From the NCBI GenBank assembly GCA_963770895.1, contig CAVYRF010000001.1, positions 928,001-992,000 on the forward strand: a stretch of 64,000 bases of DNA. The letters run 5' to 3'. Each line of letters begins with the position of its first letter. Position 1 is the stretch's first letter. This document shows, piece after piece, positions 57,610-64,000 of the stretch. The DNA is from an uncultured Acidobacteriota bacterium. GTDB lineage: Bacteria > Acidobacteriota > Thermoanaerobaculia > Multivoradales > UBA5704. Under the pieces are notes generated by a model that saw only the letters and a list, made by a program, of their open reading frames with translations, did no database searches and was not told the DNA's origin. Made by a program: the position numbers and the translations under genes.

Positions 57610-60033
57610 CTACTCGCTGCGCAGCGTGGCGATCGGTTCGGTGCGGGCGGCGCGCCAGGCGGGCAGGGCGGTGGCGGCCAGGGCGACGAGGGCGAGCAGT
57701 GCCATGCTGCCGGTGATGGCCAGCGGGCTTGCGGCCGGCACCTCGAAGAGCAGGCTGCGCAGCAGCGGCACGGTGGCGATCGTGGCGGCGAGCCCGGCGA
57801 TCTCGCCGCCCACGACCAGGACGCAGCTCTGGCGCAGGACGAGGGCCAAAATGTCGGCGCGGCGAGCGCCCAGGGCCATGCGCACGCCGATCTCGCGGCG
57901 CCGTTCGCTCACCGCGTAGGCGAGGACGCCGTAGACGCCCAGGGCAGCCAGCAGCAGCGCCAGACCGGCGAAGAAGCCCAGGAGGACGGCGACCAGGCGC
58001 GGCCGCGCCAGCGTGTCGGAGACGACGGCGTCCATCGCCTCGACTTCGTAGATCGGCTGCTCGCGGTCGAGGGCGAGCATCTCGCGGCGGATGGCGGGTG
58101 CCAGCCGGTTGGGCGCCAGGCGGCTCCTGACCAGGAGCGTGGCGCTGTTGTCGAAGCCGGCAAGGTAGATCTCCGGTTCGGCAGCGGCGTCGAGCGCCAG
58201 GTCGCGGGCGTTCGCCACCACGCCGACGATGGGCAGGGCGGTGGGGTGCGGGCCGACGACGCCCATCACGACGCGGCTTGCCGTGGGGTTCCTGCCGCGC
58301 AGGAAGCGGTCGGCGAAGACCTGGTTGACGATGACCGGGCTGGCGCTGTCGTCGACGTCGCGATCTGCAAACACGCGGCCGGCGACCAGGCCGATGCCCA
58401 GGGTGCGGAAGTACGACGGGCTGACGTCGCGGATCTGCGCCACCGGGTAGTCGCCCGGGGCGGGTGCCGGCGCGCCGGCGATCAGGAAGCGCGACAGCGA
58501 GTGCGAGGCGGCGAGCGGCCGCACGTTGATGGTGGCGGCGGCGGTGACCCCGGGCAGCGCGCCGACGCGCTCGAGCAGGCGCTGGAAGAAGCGCTCGGTC
58601 TGCTGGTCGCTGTAGGAGCTTTCGGGCAGTGAAACGCGCAGGCTGAGGACCTGCGCGGTCTGGAAGCCCGCATCGACCCGCAGCAGGTTGGCGAAGCTGC
58701 GGATGAGCAGCGAGGCGCCGGTCACCAGGACGATCGCCAAGGCGATCTCGGCGGCGGCGAGCAGCGCGCGCGGGGCGCCGCCGCGGCCGCTGCTGCCGCG
58801 CTCTCCCTGGCGCAGGGTGCCGGCGAGATCGGGACGCGGGCGGCGCAGCGCCGGGAAGCTGCCGCAGACGACGGCGGCCAGGGCGGTGATCGCCGCGGCG
58901 GCGACCAGCATCGGCAGGCTCAGGTCGGCGGCGGCGCGGGCACCGAGCTGGGCGCCGGCAAAGCGGCTCATCTCGATGGCCAGAAGCGGCCGCGCCGCCG
59001 CCGCGAGGCCGACGCCCACCGCCGCGCCCAGGGCGCAGAGCACGACGCTCTCGGTCACCAGCTGACGCAGCAGCCGGCCGCGGCCGGCGCCCAGGGCGGT
59101 GCGCAGGGCCATCTCGCGCTCGCGGCCGACGGCGCGAACGAGCAGCAGGTTGGCGACATTGGCGCAGGCGATGAGGAGCACCACGACGACGGCGCCGAAC
59201 AGCGCCAGGACGGCCGCGCGCAGATGGCCGACCAGGCGCTCCGGCAGCGGCACGACGCCGATCCCCAGGCCGCGATGGGTGGCGGGAAAGGCCTGCTGCA
59301 GGCGGCCGGCGAGGGTCGCCATCTCGGCGCGCGCCGCGGCGAAGGTGGCGCCCGGGCGCAGGCGGCCGACCACTCCGACGATGTGGTACTGGCGGTTGGT
59401 GCGGTCGTCCGCGCTCAGCCGCGAAAGCGGCAGGAACAGCTCGGCGTCGAGCGGATACTGCGCCCCGGCCGGCAGCACGCCGGCGACCGTCACCGGCTGG
59501 CCGTTCAGGCGCAGCGCGCGGCCGACGACTCCGGGGTCGCCGTGAAAGCGCCGCTGCCACAACTCGTGGCCGAGAAGCGCCACGCGGTCGTGTCCCGGCA
59601 CCTCCTCGTCGGGCAGGAAGTTGCGGCCGAGCGCCGGCCGCACGCCGAGCAGCGGGAACAGATCGGCGGCGACCAGCGTCGCCCGCACCTCTTCCGGCTG
59701 GCCATCGACCGTCAGCGCCGCATCCTTGTAGCCGCTGAACGAGTAGGCGGCCAAGCCGGAAAAGCTCGTCGCCTGGGTACGCCAGTCGACGTAGTCGGGA
59801 TAGGGCACGTCGATCGCCCCGGCCTGCGGGTGCAGATCCTCGATCACCGCCAGGCGGCCGGCGTCGCGGAACGGCAGCGAACGCAAAAGCAGCCCATAGA
59901 CGACGCTGGCGATCGCCGTCGTAGCGCCGATACCCACCGCCAGGGTCAGCACCGCCGCGGCGGTGAACCCCGGGCTGCGCGCGAGAGTGCGCAGTGCGAA
60001 GCGGAGATCCTGTGACAGCGACTCGATCGTCAT
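57610..60033 (-). CDS. ADOP-type duplicated ABC permease (MacB/FtsX domains twice), 807 aa
   Basis: 'QDLRFALRTLARSPGFTAAAVLTLAVGIGATTA', 'LLIACANVANLLL', 'REMALRTALGA' and 'REIGVRMALGA'. ATG at 60033 follows an AAGGAG RBS. No ATPase gene in the window. Confidence 0.93.
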   Translation of the reverse strand: MTIESLSQDLRFALRTLARSPGFTAAAVLTLAVGIGATTAIASVVYGLLLRSLPFRDAGRLAVIEDLHPQAGAIDVPYPDYVDWRTQATSFSGLAAYSFSGYKDAALTVDGQPEEVRATLVAADLFPLLGVRPALGRNFLPDEEVPGHDRVALLGHELWQRRFHGDPGVVGRALRLNGQPVTVAGVLPAGAQYPLDAELFLPLSRLSADDRTNRQYHIVGVVGRLRPGATFAAARAEMATLAGRLQQAFPATHRGLGIGVVPLPERLVGHLRAAVLALFGAVVVVLLIACANVANLLLVRAVGREREMALRTALGAGRGRLLRQLVTESVVLCALGAAVGVGLAAAARPLLAIEMSRFAGAQLGARAAADLSLPMLVAAAAITALAAVVCGSFPALRRPRPDLAGTLRQGERGSSGRGGAPRALLAAAEIALAIVLVTGASLLIRSFANLLRVDAGFQTAQVLSLRVSLPESSYSDQQTERFFQRLLERVGALPGVTAAATINVRPLAASHSLSRFLIAGAPAPAPGDYPVAQIRDVSPSYFRTLGIGLVAGRVFADRDVDDSASPVIVNQVFADRFLRGRNPTASRVVMGVVGPHPTALPIVGVVANARDLALDAAAEPEIYLAGFDNSATLLVRSRLAPNRLAPAIRREMLALDREQPIYEVEAMDAVVSDTLARPRLVAVLLGFFAGLALLLAALGVYGVLAYAVSERRREIGVRMALGARRADILALVLRQSCVLVVGGEIAGLAATIATVPLLRSLLFEVPAASPLAITGSMALLALVALAATALPAWRAARTEPIATLRSE

Positions 60034-60136
60034 GGGCACCGGACTCCTTCGCGTAGGGCCACGCCAGCGATTTTGGCACATCGATGCCGAGCAAGTCGCA
60101 GGAGGAGCCCGCATGAGCGACCAACGCCGAGGGTAT

Positions 60137-60148
60137 TTCCTGCAGGAA
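60137..60148. promoter_or_regulatory. Perfect 12-bp palindrome TTCCTGCAGGAA in the divergent permease / precursor intergenic region
   Basis: Palindrome seen directly; a regulatory role is inference only. Confidence 0.3.
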
Positions 60149-60193
60149 GCCTGAAGGGTTAAGCTTGCGCGTCAACTATGGAGGATGACCGCA

Positions 60194-60352
60194 ATGAAAA
60201 AGGATGCAAAGAAATTGAGGCTTTCGCGCGAAACGGTGGCTGGGCTCGATGCGCCCGGCAACCAGTCCGGGCTGGCCGCGGTGCGCGGCGGCGCCGGCAC
60301 CGCCAGCCACACGCAGCTCAAGGAGGACTGCTGCGTCAGCAAGACCCACTGA
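60194..60352 (+). CDS. RiPP (lanthipeptide-like) precursor peptide, 52 aa; not in the ORF track
   Basis: GGAGG RBS at 60180-60184. Translation: MKKDAKKLRLSRETVAGLDAPGNQSGLAAVRGG|AGTASHTQLKEDCCVSKTH*. It has a KKLxLxRETV leader, an LxxVxGG double-glycine site and a Ser/Thr/Cys-containing core. Confidence 0.8.
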   Translation: MKKDAKKLRLSRETVAGLDAPGNQSGLAAVRGGAGTASHTQLKEDCCVSKTH

Positions 60353-60638
60353 GGGTGGCCCGATCCCGTGCCGGTTGATCGTCGTCGAGAGCCCGGTGGG
60401 CAGCCAAGGAGCCCAGCGGCGAGTGCACGGCCGTCGGCAGTTGCAGCCAGTACGTCTGCTGCAGCTGCAGCTAGGCAGGTTCCCAACACCAGCGGTCGCG
60501 AGAGACCAGTCTTGTCCTCCCCGCCTGCGGGATCGCCGGGACGGTCGGGCCGCGCAGCTGCTCACCCAGGGCGCGCAGCAGCCCCTTTTCGAACGCTTCC
60601 AGCGCGCCGTCGCGGGGTGGGCATGACGGCTGCGTCAG

Positions 60639-61094
60639 CTAGCGGCCCGGGGGCTGGATGTCTGGCTGGGCCCCGAGGTCCAGGGCCACGGGGGGCGTCG
60701 AAGGCCAACGGGGCGGCGGTGAAGGGGGAAAGCAGATGCGATCGACCTTGACGGCGATCAGGGTGACGAGATTGGCGACGCGGTCTACCGACAGGCGGGC
60801 GGTAAAGGTGGCGACGCCGGGCCGGGCAGTCGTTTCGCCCTTCTTGCCCATCGAAAGGGCAATGCGGCCGGTGACGACGCCGGACGTCAGCGTATCGATG
60901 TGCGGCTTATAGATGGTGACGTCGCTGCCCCGGCCAGTAAGGAACTGGCGGGGCCAGGAGCGGTGCGCCGGCGTGCCAGCGGCGGTGTCCGTGGCCGCGA
61001 GCACCGCAAGGCCGCCGAGCGGCCGGTCGGAGGTGCCGGCACTGCCTTCGACCAGCCGCTGGGCGGCCTGGTTGTCGGAATGAACCAGACTCAT
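60639..61094 (-). CDS. Hypothetical protein; may be a truncated N-terminal domain of a larger secreted protein
   Basis: 'WPRQF...VTIYKPHID...RIALS...GVATFTARLSVDRVANLVTL...ICFP' looks like a folded domain, followed by a low-complexity tail. Co-oriented just downstream of the peptidase. Confidence 0.45.
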   Translation of the reverse strand: MSLVHSDNQAAQRLVEGSAGTSDRPLGGLAVLAATDTAAGTPAHRSWPRQFLTGRGSDVTIYKPHIDTLTSGVVTGRIALSMGKKGETTARPGVATFTARLSVDRVANLVTLIAVKVDRICFPPSPPPRWPSTPPVALDLGAQPDIQPPGR

Positions 61095-61106
61095 CGGCGC
61101 TGGCGC

Positions 61107-61970
61107 TCAGCGTGCAGGTGAGCCTGCGACTGCGGCGAGGCCCTGCGGCCGGTCGAGGCCGAAGAGATTGGGATGTCCCTGGCAGCCGCCGGTGGCAAGG
61201 TATTGGGATTTACCATCCACCTCTCCCTGGCTCAGGCCGGTGGCCAGGCGGTCGGCGCCGGCGCGGTATGCCTGCTCGATCGAGACGGGGTCGCCGGCGG
61301 GGTCGGTCGCATTGACGGCGGCTTGCCAGAGCGGCCGGATGAAGGGTTCGCACCGCGCTTCATGGTGACTGTCGGCGCTTGCCACACCGACGACGTCCCG
61401 TCCCATCCGCGCGGCTTCGTCGAGAAAGCCGCCTGAGTAACACTGATCGGCGATCAGGATCAATCGCGCGAAGGGGAGCGGCGCCAGCCGGCGAAGGAAC
61501 GCGCCAGCCGTGATCAGACCGCTTTCCAGATTGAGAAAGGGGTGGCCGAAGGCGCGCCCGCCATGGCCGGTGAGGTAGACGAGCAGCAGGTCTTGTGGCC
61601 GCATCTCACGGCGCAAGAGCTCCACGGCCTGGTCGAGGCCGGCGGTCGAAGCGGGCAGGCGCCGGAGCGCGGCGTCTTCGCCGTTCGCCTTGCCGGCGGC
61701 CACGAGCAGCGTATGGCCGGGGGTGTAGCCGAGACGGGGCAGGCTGTCCAGGGCCAGATGGACGTTGTAGTTGTGAGTGAAGGAGTCGTCGCCATTGACG
61801 ATCAGCGCGTACTGGACCCCGGCCGCGGCGGGCGCCGGAGGGACCGCGGCTGCGGCTGCGTTGTGCGACAGGGCGACAACGAGCAGTGCCGCGGCGCCGG
61901 CCCAGAGGTGCCGAGCGGCGCGGGAGCGGCGCGCCGATTGCCGAGTGTGGTTGGAAGGGGGGACGGTCAT
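61107..61970 (-). CDS. Secreted clan CD cysteine peptidase (C13 legumain / caspase-like)
   Basis: Signal peptide, 'YALIVNG', catalytic His 'LLVYLTGHGG' and catalytic Cys 'LILIADQCYSGGF'. Confidence 0.85.
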   Translation of the reverse strand: MTVPPSNHTRQSARRSRAARHLWAGAAALLVVALSHNAAAAAVPPAPAAAGVQYALIVNGDDSFTHNYNVHLALDSLPRLGYTPGHTLLVAAGKANGEDAALRRLPASTAGLDQAVELLRREMRPQDLLLVYLTGHGGRAFGHPFLNLESGLITAGAFLRRLAPLPFARLILIADQCYSGGFLDEAARMGRDVVGVASADSHHEARCEPFIRPLWQAAVNATDPAGDPVSIEQAYRAGADRLATGLSQGEVDGKSQYLATGGCQGHPNLFGLDRPQGLAAVAGSPAR

Positions 61971-62246
61971 GGCGTGCTCCTTATCGTCGTCAGCGTGCTG
62001 GTTGGCAGCGTGTCAACGACAAGCGTAGGGCCGGCGCCCGCCGCGCACCATCGGTCGTCATCCCTTCGTGGGATCGGGAACCGTCCGGTCGCCGGCGCCT
62101 GCACCGGCCTCCCCCTTGTCGGGATTGTTCCTACGCCGCGAGGATCGATCGATGGAGCTGCCGTGCCTGCGTCATCGCGAGGTGGCGGCGACCGCGGTTG
62201 GCGCCGGGGCTGCGGCAGGTGGGTCGAGTGCGACGTGGGTGCTGCC

Positions 62247-62470
62247 GAGAGTCGCCAGGCCGTCCAGGCCCGGCATCGCCAGGTCCAGGGAGATCGCCAC
62301 CGGCAGAGAACGTGACCGCCCAGATCCGCGGCGTCGCTCTGCTCGATCCCTTGGCCGAAGACTCGCTGCGCCGGGCCTTCGAGGGCGAGCCGGTTCACTA
62401 CCGGGCGCGATGCGGGCTTGCTCCCGGCAAGGCGCGCCTCCTGGCCATTGCCTATGATCCGGTACGCGAC
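62247..62470. pseudogene. Back-to-back remnants of two-component genes: receiver fragment (- strand) and PAS fragment (+ strand)
   Basis: - strand 62247-62300 reads 'VAISLDLAMPGLDGLATL'. + strand ~62360-62470 reads 'LRRAFEGEPVHYRAR...LAIAYDPVRD'. Neither lies in a credible full-length gene. Confidence 0.5.
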
Positions 62471-62572
62471 CCGGCGCCGCCCTTCGGCAGCTCGTCGTCG
62501 ACCGCCGCTGAACGCCAGCCGCAAGTGGCACCCGCCGACGGCGGCCGCGAGGATCGCTATCACGTCAGGCGC

Positions 62573-62601
62573 TTGCTTTCGCAAGTGCCTTGCCGTATCT
62601 T
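62573..62601 (+). promoter_or_regulatory. Putative sigma70 promoter of the histidine kinase
   Basis: TTGCTT, 17 bp, TATCTT, ending 33 bp upstream of the ATG at 62635. Confidence 0.4.
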
Positions 62602-62634
62602 TTGTGTACTCCAACCCCCTAGGGGTTCCGCTCG

Positions 62635-64000
62635 ATGTCCGCCTTCAGCCTGATCGACGACTTCCTGGGAGCGCTCATCACACTCCGCCCCGACGGCGAA
62701 ATCGTGGCCTGGAATCCAGGTGCCGAGACCCTCTGCGGGGTGCCCGCCGCAGCAGCGGTGCACCTCTCTGTTTTCGACCTCATCGTACCGCCCGGACAGG
62801 CCGACGAGGTCAACAGGCAGATCGGCAAGGCCCTGGACACCTCCTCCGCGACCTTCGAATCCGAAGTCCGCCGCCAGGACGGCTCCCTGGTCTTCGTGGC
62901 GATCGCACTGCGATCGGTCCCGGAAGCCGGCGGCAAGCTGATCGCCGCCAACATCCGCGACATCACCGAGCTGATGTACCTGCGCCAGTCGCGCGTGCTG
63001 GAAACCAAGTTCCAAGGTCTCCTGGAAGCGGCGCCCGACGCCATGATCACCATCAACCGGGACGGCCGGATCGTCCTGGTCAACGGCCCGGCGGAACGGA
63101 TCTTCGGCTACAGCCGCGGCGACCTGCTCGGCCGCCCGCTCGAAGACCTGGTGCCGCGCCTCTTTCGCGGCCAGCCGGCGCCGATGTCCAAGGTGCTCAT
63201 CGGCGCCTTCCAGCTGCGCCAGCAGAGCCAGGGCCTGTTCGACCTGCACGACCTCCATGGGTGCCGCCGGGATGGCTCCACCTTCCCCGCCGAAATCAGC
63301 CTTTCTCCCCTGGAAACCGAAGACGGCCTGTTCACCACCGCCGCGATCCGCGACATCAGCGACCGCCTGCGGGTCGAAGCCAAGTTCCGCAGCCTCCTCG
63401 AATCGGCCCCCGACGCGATGGTCATCGTCGACAGCCGGGGGCGCATCGAGCTGGTCAACGGCCAGGTCGAAAAGCTGTTCGGTTACCGCCGCGACCAGAT
63501 GCTGGGCCGCGAGGTCGAGATGCTGGTGCCGGAACGCTTCCGCCCCCAGCACGCGGGCCACCGCGACGGCTTCTTCGCCGACCCGCGCGTTCGCGGCATG
63601 GGCGCCGGCATGGAGCTGTATGGACGCCGCAGCGACGGCAGCGAATTCCCGGTGGAGATCAGCCTGAGCCCGCTCGAAACTGAAGAAGGCATCCTGGTGT
63701 CGGGCGCCATCCGCGATCTGACCGACCGCCGGCGCCTCGAAGAACAGCGCAGCAGGAGCCTGCACGAAGCCAGCCGACTGAAGAGCGAGTTCCTGGCCAA
63801 CATGTCGCACGAGTTGCGGACACCGCTCAACGCCATCATCGGTTTTTCCGAGCTGCTGTGCGACGGCAAGGCGGGTCACCTCGAACCGTTGCAGCGCGAA
63901 TATCTGGACGACGTCCTCAGAAGCTCCCGCCACCTGCTGGGCCTGATCAACGACGTGCTCGACCTGTCGAAGATCGAGGCCGGCAAGATGGAGTTCAACC
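62635..64000 (+). CDS. PAS-domain sensor histidine kinase (3 PAS + HisKA), 3'-truncated by window; not in the ORF track
   Basis: Frame is open from ATG 62635 to the window end. PAS repeats 'LLEAAPDAM...VNG..E.IFGY...[15 protein letters not shown]'. H-box '[26 protein letters not shown]' at 63781. Confidence 0.93.
   Translation, partial: MSAFSLIDDFLGALITLRPDGEIVAWNPGAETLCGVPAAAAVHLSVFDLIVPPGQADEVNRQIGKALDTSSATFESEVRRQDGSLVFVAIALRSVPEAGGKLIAANIRDITELMYLRQSRVLETKFQGLLEAAPDAMITINRDGRIVLVNGPAERIFGYSRGDLLGRPLEDLVPRLFRGQPAPMSKVLIGAFQLRQQSQGLFDLHDLHGCRRDGSTFPAEISLSPLETEDGLFTTAAIRDISDRLRVEAKFRSLLESAPDAMVIVDSRGRIELVNGQVEKLFGYRRDQMLGREVEMLVPERFRPQHAGHRDGFFADPRVRGMGAGMELYGRRSDGSEFPVEISLSPLETEEGILVSGAIRDLTDRRRLEEQRSRSLHEASRLKSEFLANMSHELRTPLNAIIGFSELLCDGKAGHLEPLQREYLDDVLRSSRHLLGLINDVLDLSKIEAGKMEFN

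Noticed and set aside
60071-60090. Sigma54-like site TTGGCACATCGATGC
   Set aside because: GG-to-GC spacing is 9 nt, not the required 10.
60178-60378. 66-aa track ORF, and possible TGA read-through into the Cys-rich stretch
   Set aside because: It overlaps the RiPP precursor out of frame, lacks an RBS and has no recognisable features. There is no evidence for recoding.
62560-63933. 457-aa minus-strand ORF and 421-aa plus-strand ORF 62418-63683
   Set aside because: Antisense and off-frame shadows of the PAS histidine kinase.

Overview
Very GC-rich bacterial DNA, probably Acidobacteriota (Thermoanaerobaculia-like). That placement is inferred from an SBBP-repeat protein with a 'YTVTPCRVVDTR' C-terminal domain, an ADOP-type orphan permease and a KKLxLxRET-type RiPP leader. 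About 46 kb (11270-57575) is an apparently complete, colinear hybrid NRPS-PKS cluster: a free-standing acyltransferase, an A-T starter, a 4-module NRPS (one homopolymer frameshift), PKS-1 (KS, dead AT, KR, ACP), an NRPS with an A-less C-ACP-C junction followed by 5 A-containing modules, and PKS-2 (KS-AT-KR-ACP-TE). The predicted product is a ~10-residue peptide with two statine-like (gamma-amino-beta-hydroxy acid) units. The most unusual points are an apparent cis-AT to trans-AT transition, the A-less C-ACP-C junction, traces of module shuffling at C-domain and C-A linker junctions, and a 52-aa RiPP precursor missing from the ORF track, divergent from the ADOP permease. The flanks hold ordinary accessory genes: DUF418, an alpha/beta hydrolase, MarR-membrane protein-MFS, a Tat ferritin-like protein, a CxxCH protein, a clan CD peptidase and a PAS histidine kinase. 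I saw no rRNA, tRNA, CRISPR array or IS element. All family and substrate calls are by eye from motifs; no database searches were run.
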